NCBI GenBank assembly: GCA_001275005.1
Contig: JWZX01002168.1
Coordinates: 1 to 43,375 of the forward strand
Direction of reading: 5' to 3'
Source of the DNA: Chrysochromulina tobinii
Lineage: Eukaryota
Length of the DNA stretch: 43,375 nucleotides
Part shown: piece by piece, positions 1 through 8,757 of the stretch
Layout of the letters: each line of letters opens with the position of its first letter
Position numbering within the stretch: the first letter of the stretch is position 1
Position numbers and translations under genes: made by a program
The notes under the pieces: model-generated
Databases searched by the model: none
The model's input: only the letters and a program-made list of their open reading frames with translations
Told to the model about the DNA's origin: nothing

Positions 1-150
1 GAGGGCGGCGGCGGGGGGGGATGCGAGGGCGGCGGCGAGGGCTGCGGCGGCGGTGGCGAGGGCGGCGAGGGCGAGGGCGAGGGCGGCGAGGGCGAGGGCG
101 AGGGCGGCGGCGGCAGCGGGGGCGAGGGCGGCGGCGGCGAGGACGGCGGG
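1..150 (-). repeat. Coding low-complexity (Ser-Pro-Pro-Pro)n repeat
   Basis: Tandem GGCGAGGGCGGC-type units on the + strand encode SPPPP on the - strand. Confidence 0.85.
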
Positions 151-1322
151 CGTGGCGAGAAAAGCAACGAGCAGAACTGACCGCGGAAGTGGTCGCGAAC
201 CGCACCGATGTTGGCCGCGGTGAAGGCGTAGATCGAGGCGGGGGAGGAGGAGATGGCCGCGATCGTTGCCGCGCTCGCCGTCCCGAAGCCGACGCCGAAG
301 ATCTGGACGCCGGCGGCACGGACCGTTGCTGCCTGAGCGATGGCCGCAGCGGCGCCGCCATATTCCGGGTTCTGCTCCCCGTCCGTGAGCAAGAGGAGCA
401 ACTTCAGACGTGTGCCCCAGCTACCTTTCGCCTGGAGGACTGCAAGCCCGGACGCGAGGCCGCTGCTGATGGAGGTCCCGCCATTGGCTTCCTGGGCGGT
501 GGCCAAGGCCGCGAGCACCGCGTTGAGATCGGAGGACAGATAGGACAGGACAGTGGCCGTATCGTCAAACTCCACGAGCCCCACGCGCGACGCATTCGCG
601 CCGAAATCGAGTTGAAGGAGAAGCTCGCGCGCAAACTCGAGCCCCTGGGTCTGGACGGGCGTCATACTCCCAGAGTGATCGAACACAAGCACCAGGTCGA
701 GGGGCAGCCCGTTGGTGCACTGGGGCGCACGCGGTGGCGGCGGCGGCCGCGGTAGACGCGGCCCGCAGTCGAAGCAGTCGGTGCCGTACATGCACGACGT
801 ACCGTACTCGGAGCCGGGGCCGCCATCGTCGCAATCGCCATCGAAGGCGTATATAGGCATTCCGATGCACTCGTTCGTGCAGAGAGTCAAGGACGCGCCG
901 GGGGGGAAAGGTGAAGGCGGCGGCCGCAGTTGACGCGGTCCGCAGTCGAAGCAGTCGGAGCCGTACGGGCACCACGCACCGTACTCGGAGCCGGGGCCGC
1001 CATCGTCGCAATCGGCATCGGAGGACCAGTTGCATGTGTTCGTGCACAGGCCAGGCGGTGGGGGGGGGCGCGGTTGACGCGGTCCGCAGTCGAAGCAGTC
1101 GGTGCCGTAGACGCACGACGTACCGTATTCGGAGCCGGGGCCGCCATCGTCGCAATCGCCATCGAAGGCGTACGATGGATTTCCGATGCACGTGTCCGTG
1201 CAAAGTGTTGTCTGAAGCGCGCGGCGGTTCGTCTCGCCGCTCGGGGTAATGTGCTCGCCGAGAGAGATTGCGCTCTCGGCTTGCGCGCCAAAGGCGGCGG
1301 CGACGAGCAGGAAGGGCCCCAT
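1..1322 (-). CDS. Secreted/surface protein: signal peptide, 3 Cys-rich CDDGGPG repeats, von Willebrand factor A domain, Ser-Pro-rich stalk (runs off window start)
   Basis: Manual translation from ATG at 1322: MGPFLLVAAAFGAQAESA...RRALQ..CTDTCIGNPSYAFDGDCDDGGPGSEYGTSCVYGTDCFDCGPR (3 related copies), then LDLVLVFDHSGSM (MIDAS DxSxS)...GGTSIS...LLLLTDG...VQIFGVGFG, then SPPPPSP repeats. There is no stop in the window, so it is absent from the ORF track. Confidence 0.88.
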   Translation of the reverse strand, partial: MGPFLLVAAAFGAQAESAISLGEHITPSGETNRRALQTTLCTDTCIGNPSYAFDGDCDDGGPGSEYGTSCVYGTDCFDCGPRQPRPPPPPGLCTNTCNWSSDADCDDGGPGSEYGAWCPYGSDCFDCGPRQLRPPPSPFPPGASLTLCTNECIGMPIYAFDGDCDDGGPGSEYGTSCMYGTDCFDCGPRLPRPPPPPRAPQCTNGLPLDLVLVFDHSGSMTPVQTQGLEFARELLLQLDFGANASRVGLVEFDDTATVLSYLSSDLNAVLAALATAQEANGGTSISSGLASGLAVLQAKGSWGTRLKLLLLLTDGEQNPEYGGAAAAIAQAATVRAAGVQIFGVGFGTASAATIAAISSSPASIYAFTAANIGAVRDHFRGQFCSLLFSPRPPSSPPPPSPPLPPPPSPSPSPPSPSPSPPSPPPPQPSPPPSHPPPPPP

Positions 1323-2449
1323 GCGGCCCTTTGTCGATAGACGCAAAATAAGAGTGCTCGCGAAGTTGGTGCGCTCGTAAGGACAAAATCGAAAAAGGTC
1401 AGCTCCGACACCTCCACAAGACTCGCGATACGCTCCACGTCGCTAACATCTCCACCGCCTAACACCGGTCACCGCCATCCAAGCCGCAGACGCCCAAACC
1501 ATCCAGCAGAACCAGCATCCTCAAGCTCAACTGCTCAAGTGCTCAACGTCGCAATCGCGCGCATGCTCCGTGTCTCGTTCTCTCGTATGGGGTCATGCAA
1601 GGTGTGTGTATTCTGAACGGGCAGTAACAGTGTCGTAGCACCGGTCGTCGCGTGTGTCGTGTAAACACACAAGCGCGACTCGGCCACTACCACACGATTA
1701 CCACACGAAACACACAATTGGAAACACAGGGACTGACACGCGCCCATCTCGTCGTCGCGGGCGGGTCCCGGGTCGTACGTCCTTCCCTAGGGCGTGCGTG
1801 CGTGTGCTAGGTATGGTCTGGTCAGCACCCAAAGCTACTTTCCTAGGGGGCTACATGACAGCTAAGGCCTTTGGAGCTCCTGACGTGCTCACTTTCCACC
1901 ATGTCACTTTCCGGTTCCCTTTCCCACTGGTCTTCCCACTTGTTCCCATGCTTGTTCCCTGAACTCTGTTACACGACCGGAAGGCGGAAGCGCTGTTCAC
2001 GTTTGAGTTAAGTGCACGATCTTCCGACCGCGCGCCGCACACCGGGACCGGCGGATGGCCGTCCCGCGACCCGCCTCCTCCGGTGCTCCGGAGCCTCCTC
2101 CGCCGGCGCGCCGCGCAAGTGTCCCGCTCGTGAGTCTGCACGCGCAGCGCTCGTATTGCTGCGGTCCATCGTCGAAGCTCGAGCTCAAAGATGATCTACT
2201 ACGTATGATCTCTCTGCCATATATCGTAATATATCTGAGCATCCATCATCCATGCGGGCTTCTCATGTTCATGTCAGATCGTTTGCGGCCAATACGCACA
2301 TGCCCCTCCCGAACTCGCGAGCACTGCCCACGCCGTGCGCCTGTTGCGACGATCCTCACCCAAAAATACTAGCACTCGAGCGCGAGCGCAAGCCCTCAGA
2401 GGACGAGGCCGCCCGCGACGGCGCGAGCTCGACCTGCGAGCGCAAGCCC

Positions 2450-4033
2450 TCAGAGGACGAGGCCGGCCGCGGGAGCGCCTCGTGAGAGCCACGCCTCGCG
2501 AAGCTTGTCCTCCTGGTCTCCTACGATGTGGTTCGCCCGCAGCTGGAGCAGTCGAAGTGACGCATTCTGGCGCACGGCTTGAACGAGGAAGAGGACAGGG
2601 CATGCAGACACGTTGCGCTCGTCCAAGTGCCACTGGTCCATGGCCTCCGACGAGCGGCCGAGGGCATTGTCGGTCAGGTCAAGGCTCTCGAGGGTGGTGG
2701 AGGACGCGAGCGCCGCGGCGAGCGCTCGCACTCCATCGCGCACCTTGCCCCACCGCCCCAGCAGCTGGCACGAGGCGGCGTCAAGCCTTGTGAGGGAGGG
2801 CTGTGCGGCGACGATCTGAGCGAGCATCGACGCTCCTTCGTGCCCCAATGGATTGCCTGACAGGTCGAGTGAGCGCACGCCCGTCCGAACGTCACCGATC
2901 GCGACGATGAGAGCTTTGAGGGCAGCATGCGCTGAGCTCGCACTGATCATGTTGGAGCGAAGGCCAAGCTTGGTGAGGGCTGGGTGCGCTCGGACGCCCG
3001 CGCTGAGCTCGAGGAGCCCGTAGGGGTCCGTACCGCCCGCGGAGCATGCATTGATCTCGTTCATGCGCAGCGTGCGCAGGCCCTTCGCCCGCGGAAGCGC
3101 ACGCCCGATGGCAGCGGCGCCACGCGCGCCTAGAGGGTTGTGGCTCACGTCGAGGGACTGCAGCGCGCTGCTGTGGCGCATGAGCCAGCCGATCATGTCG
3201 GCGGCGTCGGACTGCAGGTTCACGCATGACACGTCGATCTTGCGCGCGTGCAGGCAGCTCATCACGTCGACGCGCGCCCTCACGGCAAAGTGCGCCAGCC
3301 AGGGCGCAAGGCACAGACACTCATCCAAGATGAATCGAGCCACGGCCACGGGAAGCACGGGCAGACCAGATCGTCCGAGCCCGCCCGTGAGCACAAGCGC
3401 GGCGGTGTATCGGCGCTCGATCGCCTCGTCCAGCAGGTAGAGGCCCCATGCGCCGCGCGAGCGAAAGGTGGGTGATGGCCGGCTGGGCTGCCGGCTAACC
3501 TCCGTGCCGAGCGGCGCTGGCGGCATGATGCTGAGCAGGTCCTTGCACGCGTGTGGTGCGAGCGTCGGTGAGCGGACGCTCACCGACCCGGGCGTGCACA
3601 CGAGCTTGGGCCACAGGGCGTACTCGTCCACGACCGCCTCGTCCGACGACGACGACGACGACGACGACGAGGAGGAGGAGGAAAGGCGAATGGCGGCGAG
3701 AGCGAGCTCGGGCGACGACGGGGAGGCGGCGCAACTGGCGGCGCCCTCATCCACGTCGTCTTCGTACTCGACGACCTCAAAGTAGATGTCTCGAGTCAGA
3801 TATATGGCCAAGATCTCGTCATTCTCCCTGGACAGCCGCGGCCGTGCTTTGGCCTCTGCAGATTGGTGCTCGACCTCGTCGTCGGTGTATTCGTCGGAGG
3901 GAGACAGGAACACGGTCGTAGTAGAAACACGCTCCGCTTTGCAGTCGGCTGGCAGGAGATCATCGGAATCCTCCCAGTCGTTAGGGACAGCTGGTGGCGC
4001 GTGCTTCTCCGAGAAGTGCGCAAAGTCCACCAT
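2450..4033 (-). CDS. Ribonuclease-inhibitor-type leucine-rich repeat protein (NLRC3/RanGAP-like LRRs) with acidic N-terminus and poly-Ser tract
   Basis: Repeats LQSLDVSHNPLGARGAAAIG, LTKLGLRSNMI, VRSLDLSGNPLGHEGA, LESLDLTDNALG. The ATG at 4033 (MVDFAH) is my chosen start; the ORF is open further upstream. Confidence 0.8.
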   Translation of the reverse strand: MVDFAHFSEKHAPPAVPNDWEDSDDLLPADCKAERVSTTTVFLSPSDEYTDDEVEHQSAEAKARPRLSRENDEILAIYLTRDIYFEVVEYEDDVDEGAASCAASPSSPELALAAIRLSSSSSSSSSSSSSDEAVVDEYALWPKLVCTPGSVSVRSPTLAPHACKDLLSIMPPAPLGTEVSRQPSRPSPTFRSRGAWGLYLLDEAIERRYTAALVLTGGLGRSGLPVLPVAVARFILDECLCLAPWLAHFAVRARVDVMSCLHARKIDVSCVNLQSDAADMIGWLMRHSSALQSLDVSHNPLGARGAAAIGRALPRAKGLRTLRMNEINACSAGGTDPYGLLELSAGVRAHPALTKLGLRSNMISASSAHAALKALIVAIGDVRTGVRSLDLSGNPLGHEGASMLAQIVAAQPSLTRLDAASCQLLGRWGKVRDGVRALAAALASSTTLESLDLTDNALGRSSEAMDQWHLDERNVSACPVLFLVQAVRQNASLRLLQLRANHIVGDQEDKLREAWLSRGAPAAGLVL

Positions 4034-4483
4034 GATGAGTTTAGTTTGATGAGTATCCCTCTCGAAAGCGTCCAGAGCGTCGGCACCCCGAATGCACATG
4101 ATGAGCCGAATCGCTGCTTTTGACGAAGATTTGGGAAAACTCGCAAATTTTGACGAAATTTGACCGCGTCTTGCGGGTTTAGAGAGTTGAGGTGGCTGGA
4201 TCCGCACGAAACCTGCTCCGATCCAGCACAATCACGCCCACGCAGCCACGCTAACGACATGCGCACGCTATTCTGGGACGAGCGTGAGGCTCGAGGCTCG
4301 AGCGAGTAAATACATGCACCATAACGAGAGTCATCGCGGAGGGGGGTCTGGCCTCGAGCCCAATGTGGACGACTTGATTGCTGATCGCGCGATAGGAGGA
4401 GGAAGAGCACCTGACCACAAAGGTCTGTGACCTGACGCAGAGGGACCGAGGAGCAAGAGCACCTGATCTCTAACATAATTCGA

Positions 4484-5326
4484 TCAGTCCTCACTCTCGA
4501 AGTCGATCATCGATCGAGCGACGAGTGCGTTGGCGCGCAGAGAGACAATTGCGCGAGCGCGCTTGGGCGCGGGGCACTTGACGAGCGTCGCCATCGCCTC
4601 AAAGGCATGGGGGCCTGCGGGCGGCGTGTCGGTGTCGCCCGCTCGGTGGCCTGCCTGCGAGCATATGCTGAGCGAGGAGGGGAGGCTCCGAAGCGAGTTC
4701 TGCGACATGGTGCGGGTGGCGAGCATGGAATTCGATTCGACCGGGCCCGTCAGGAAGTCATCCGCAGGTGCGATCGGGCTGCCATCGCGGTTCTCCTCGG
4801 TCGCCGTCGTGGTCCTCCCGGAAAGTGGGGTACCGAGGGCAGCAAACTCGGGGAAGGAGACCTCGCCCAACTCACAGTATGTCAAGCCGGCGGCCAGCCC
4901 GACGTTCTCCTCCTGCCTCTCTCGCTTCTGCACGCGTGCCGAGCGCTCCGAGACCTCAGGGGGTGGGGACTTGAAGTGGAAGGTCTTCGGTGCGAGAGGC
5001 CTAACGCAGGGGCTGAGCACACGCACGCATTCGACCGTCCGGCTCTTGGGTGAGCCAAAGACGGAATCGATTTCATCTTCCTCTGATAGTAGGGGGGTCT
5101 GCAGGCCGAGGTTCGATGCCTTTGGCACCCGAAGCCCACTAGGGGTGCACACGAGTTTGACAGTCCGTTGTTTGGGCGAGCCAAAGACAGGCTCTCCGCC
5201 ATCCTCCTCTGGAGACGACTGCAGACGGACGCTCGCAAGGCGTGGCCGAAGCATCGCAGCTGGCGACGTCATAGGGTCGAGCGTCGTGCGGGCGCGCAAG
5301 GACGGAGGCGAAGCCCCAGTGTCCAT
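4484..5326 (-). CDS. Hypothetical low-complexity, SP/TP-rich protein
   Basis: Long ORF with first ATG at 5326 (MDTGASPP). Internal repeat VFGSPKxRTV occurs twice. No domain recognised. Confidence 0.55.
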   Translation of the reverse strand: MDTGASPPSLRARTTLDPMTSPAAMLRPRLASVRLQSSPEEDGGEPVFGSPKQRTVKLVCTPSGLRVPKASNLGLQTPLLSEEDEIDSVFGSPKSRTVECVRVLSPCVRPLAPKTFHFKSPPPEVSERSARVQKRERQEENVGLAAGLTYCELGEVSFPEFAALGTPLSGRTTTATEENRDGSPIAPADDFLTGPVESNSMLATRTMSQNSLRSLPSSLSICSQAGHRAGDTDTPPAGPHAFEAMATLVKCPAPKRARAIVSLRANALVARSMIDFESED

Positions 5327-5601
5327 GGAGATTTGATGAAAAGTCGGCTTCGCGAGTGCTTCGTCTGCTTCGAAGACGCAACAGGGATCCTTTTTTGGTA
5401 CGAGACAGGGGAACCTCGAAAAATCTTCGCCGGAGATCACTACCTCGGAATATCTCCGGGACCAAAGTAGAGGTTCGATCTCGAGGTCGGTTGTCGTCAC
5501 ATCCTACGTAACATGGCAAAGTCTGAATATCGGGACACATCTGTCACCCCTTCCACCCTGTGCCCGTCCATTTCCCGTCCAAACAAAGGTGACCTTCACG
5601 A

Positions 5602-6441
5602 TTACCGGCCAATGTCGCCGCCGATGACGACGTCGGCCGCGGACATGTCCGTGTTGATGGAGTGCGGGACAACGCCCGCGGTCATGGGGAACTCGATGGG
5701 CGCGGTGTTGACGATGCGGACGACGTTGCCCGAGCCCGGGGTCTCGAGGATGGCGAAGAATGGCCGGTCGAGGCCGTCCTCGGTGTAGAGCTCGATGACC
5801 TGCTTGTTATTGTTCGGGCCCTGGAGGAGCTCGATGCGCGCGTTCAGCGGGCGTCCGTCGGTCTTGAGCAGCACCTGGACGCTGTCGACGGTTGGGTCGA
5901 AGGGATACGTGCGCAGGGCTCCACCTTGGATGGTCGTCGAGGCGGCGATGCAGTCGGCGGACGGGCTGTCGACCTGGTCAGCGACGACGTTGGCGGCGAT
6001 GGGGAACTCGATCTGGCCGATGTTGCGGATGGCCACGGTGTTCGGGCCGCGCGGCGTCTCGATCACCGCCGAGAAGGGGCGGAGCTGGCCGTTCTCGACA
6101 TACACGCGCATCTTGCATGGCGTGTTGTCGGGGCCGTGCCAGAGCTCGATGTCGGCATCGAGCGGGCGCCCCTCGGTGCTGAGGACGACCTGCACCTGCT
6201 CCACGGACGGCGAGCGGTACGACCACGTGCGCAGCGAGCCTCCCTGCACGAGGATGGTGGAGTCGGCCTTGACGGGCGCATTGCGCGTGGGCACGACGCC
6301 GCCAGTGTAGATCGCGGTGCCGTAGCCGACCTGCTCGCGCTGGAAGGTCTGCTGCATCACGGGTGATGCGTGGCGCAGGGCTGGCGAGGCGACCGGGCCG
6401 AGCATCAGAGCGGGGGAGGCAGCGAGGACGCAGGAGAGCAT
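5602..6441 (-). CDS. Algal-type protein of unknown function with two internal repeats and an N-terminal targeting presequence
   Basis: Strong coding-like codon bias. Two repeats: QGGSLRTW..VQVVLSTEGRPLDADIELWHGPDN..IETP..NTVAIRN and QGGALRTY..VQVLLKTDGRPLNARIELLQGPNN..LETP..NVVRIVN. N-terminus MLSCVLAASPALMLGPVASPALRHASPVM resembles a signal plus transit peptide. Confidence 0.85.
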   Translation of the reverse strand: MLSCVLAASPALMLGPVASPALRHASPVMQQTFQREQVGYGTAIYTGGVVPTRNAPVKADSTILVQGGSLRTWSYRSPSVEQVQVVLSTEGRPLDADIELWHGPDNTPCKMRVYVENGQLRPFSAVIETPRGPNTVAIRNIGQIEFPIAANVVADQVDSPSADCIAASTTIQGGALRTYPFDPTVDSVQVLLKTDGRPLNARIELLQGPNNNKQVIELYTEDGLDRPFFAILETPGSGNVVRIVNTAPIEFPMTAGVVPHSINTDMSAADVVIGGDIGR

Positions 6442-6737
6442 AGTGGTGTCTTGGATGTGATCGTGAGTGCGCGAAGCTGCGATTGTGTGCAGATGTTCCG
6501 AGGTGGGTTTCGAGATTGCATCTCGCGAAACGGAGCGAAGGGCGGGGCGTGGTGAGGCGACTCTGTCCCCTATATGCTTGCCGGCCTGTGGTAGTCACCG
6601 ACCCCCCTGAACACCGCAACCCTTACACAAATCTAGAGTTTCGTTCGAAGTAGGCGTGAAGTTCGACGAAAGGTGAGCATCTTCGATTCACATTCCTCCA
6701 CATTCGGCAGTCCTAGCATCGGCAATCTTCGCCCCTG

Positions 6738-7436
6738 ATGCGCCGTCCGCCTACGTCGCTCCTCAGCCTTCCCACGGAGGTGCTCGAGGCCGTATGCAGC
6801 CTACTGCCCTCCGAAGACATCACCTCACTCGCGTCGACCGCGAGGGCCACCGCGTCGCTGCACTACACGAGGATCGGCGTGCTTGTGGCACAACAGCGTT
6901 ATCTAACTGAGACGTCGTATGCGCATCTGGCTGCCATCGTCGGCGTGTTGCCCGGATGCAGGGCGCGCGATCAGTTGGCCGAAGTGGTCGAGCTCGCGAT
7001 GGCCGAGTTCAAGTCCAAGTGCTTCGCGGACGAGTCGCACCTGCACAGGCTGCAGCAGTTGCTGAGCCTCGCTTCCCGCTGTGAGGATGTGCCTGGCCCG
7101 ACACCTGTCGCAGCGGCGCACGACGCCGCCGAGTGCTGCCAGTCGTGCAGATGGCAGACTGCGCAGCTGCTCAGCCTGTGCACGCGCGTGCGACAGATCT
7201 GTGTGCTCGCCAGCATGTCCCCGGCACATCGCGCATGCTTCTCCGCACTCAGCAAGGAGGGCGATGTGATGCAGCCGCAGCCGCGAGCGCACCTTTTGGA
7301 GGCGTTGCCTCTGCACCTACCACTGCATCTACCACTGCACAATGAATCAGAGGCAGAGCAGGTGCTGCCCGGCGACGCGTCTCCTGCCGAACCGCACGGT
7401 GCAACTCCTCAGCAGCAGTACCGAGACCCAGTCTGA
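6738..7436 (+). CDS. F-box domain protein
   Basis: N-terminal LLSLPTEVLEAVCSLLPSEDITSLASTAR fits the F-box consensus (LxxLPxEvlxxIxxxL). Confidence 0.65.
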   Translation: MRRPPTSLLSLPTEVLEAVCSLLPSEDITSLASTARATASLHYTRIGVLVAQQRYLTETSYAHLAAIVGVLPGCRARDQLAEVVELAMAEFKSKCFADESHLHRLQQLLSLASRCEDVPGPTPVAAAHDAAECCQSCRWQTAQLLSLCTRVRQICVLASMSPAHRACFSALSKEGDVMQPQPRAHLLEALPLHLPLHLPLHNESEAEQVLPGDASPAEPHGATPQQQYRDPV

Positions 7437-7864
7437 ACGTAAGAAATTTAGGATCGCCTGCGTCGGGCTGATGGATGAAGCGGACTGAACGTGTACTATT
7501 GATTGTAGTAGAAGCTGAGTGTCGTGGCATTCGGGCCATCGGTTCGTGTATCGTGTGGACTATAATTCCACTTTAGAACCACGTTTAGTCGAACGCACTC
7601 TCGAACGCGCAGAGGTGGCGAACAGGCGCGTCAACACGCGCTCTTAAATTCGGTATGAGCTAAGCTGTGAGCTATGACAGAGGTAGTTGAGCAGCATGCT
7701 CAATCCTCAAACTTGATGAGACGCATCAAAATCCCAATGGAATCTTGATCTTCCGTACCGCGTCCGGTAAAATTACCCGGTGTATGAGGCGTCCGGCCGG
7801 CCCTCCCGCTGTGCCGGCCCGCCGAGTCGACCCCACGTGCCGCGATTTACTCCCTGAGAGAGGA

Positions 7865-7955
7865 GTTCGTGAATTATTGAGCCTCCATCGGCTGCGGCGC
7901 GCCTCAGTGAGGTTGCGCGCTTGACGACAGCCAATTTCATAGCGAGCGACACTGC
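7865..7955 (-). promoter_or_regulatory. Eukaryotic SECIS element (type II-like) in the GPx 3'UTR
   Basis: Minus strand reads ATGAA (7940-7936)-ATTGGCTGTCGTC-AA-GCGCGC...GCGCGC-CGCAGCCGAT-GGAG (7886-7883). This gives an AUGA/GA core, helix II ATTGGCTG:CAGCCGAT, an unpaired AA 13 nt after the core and an apical mini-stem, about 40 nt after the stop. Helix I is weak. Confidence 0.75.
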
Positions 7956-7980
7956 ACACTTTGAGGGAGTCGACGGAAGC

Positions 7981-8550
7981 TTACTCCGAGCCGCTCTGCG
8001 TGAGCAAGTACTTCAGGTCGGCCTCAACTCGCGGAAGCTCCCGCGCGGTGTATCGGCCGACGGGCTCCCCGGTCTGATCGACCAGGAATAGGGCGTCAAA
8101 GTTCCACTCGACGTCGCCAGGATAAAAGGTCTTGAGCCATCGCCAGACCGCGTCGGCTTGCTCACCATTGACCACCACCTTGGCCATGAGGTGGACATTT
8201 CTGTCCAGCGTCAGAAACTTCGAGACGAAGCATGGTAACTCATGCTCCGGAAGCTCCTGCGCCCCGAATTCGTCGCTCGGATAGAGAACGATTGAAAAGG
8301 TCGCGCCGAGCTGGTGTTTCCACATCTTCAGCTGGTTGTAGACCAGCTCCGTGTCTCCTCATTCGGATGCCACGTTCAGGAGAAGAAATGGCTTTCCTGC
8401 AAGGGAGTCGAATTTTAGCGGCGTGCCATCAAGGCGCGTGCCGCTCAATGCATGGATCGAAGACGTGGCAGGCTCCCTGGTGCACAGAACACGGCGTGCG
8501 CACGCGACGGATGCGGCGAACGCGCTCGTTCGGGCGGCCACCGCGCGCAT
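7981..8550 (-). CDS. GPX: Selenocysteine-containing glutathione peroxidase (in-frame UGA at 8359-8361)
   Basis: ORFs 8359..8757 and 7981..8325 are in frame across a TGA: GKPFLLLNVASE-U-GDTELVYNQL...YPSDEFGAQE...DVEWNF, giving the GPx U/Q/W/N tetrad. The start at 8550 (MRAVAARTSAF, transit-peptide-like) is inferred; upstream ATGs exist up to 8757. Confidence 0.92.
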
Positions 8551-8757
8551 TTCGGGAGCCCTCTCTTCGTGTATGAATACTGGACCCGAGATGAACCCAC
8601 GAGGGCGCACTTGTGCAAGCCCCGAAGTTGAGTTAGTCGGGAGCTGAACTTGTGGTGTGAACTGCATGCAAAGTTGCTTGCTTGCGGCCATTTTTTCTGA
8701 GCAGGGTGACGACGCGCAACCACTTCCAAGAAAAGATGGCTCTCTGAGCGAGCACAT

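Noticed and set aside
21..755. Arg/Gly-rich plus-strand ORF, and the listed minus ORFs 565..1386 and 887..1465
   Set aside because: They are the antisense or wrong frame of the VWA gene that starts at 1322.
7981..8757. GPx as a pseudogene or as two separate genes
   Set aside because: The stop is TGA exactly at the catalytic site, the frame is preserved, and a SECIS-like hairpin lies downstream.
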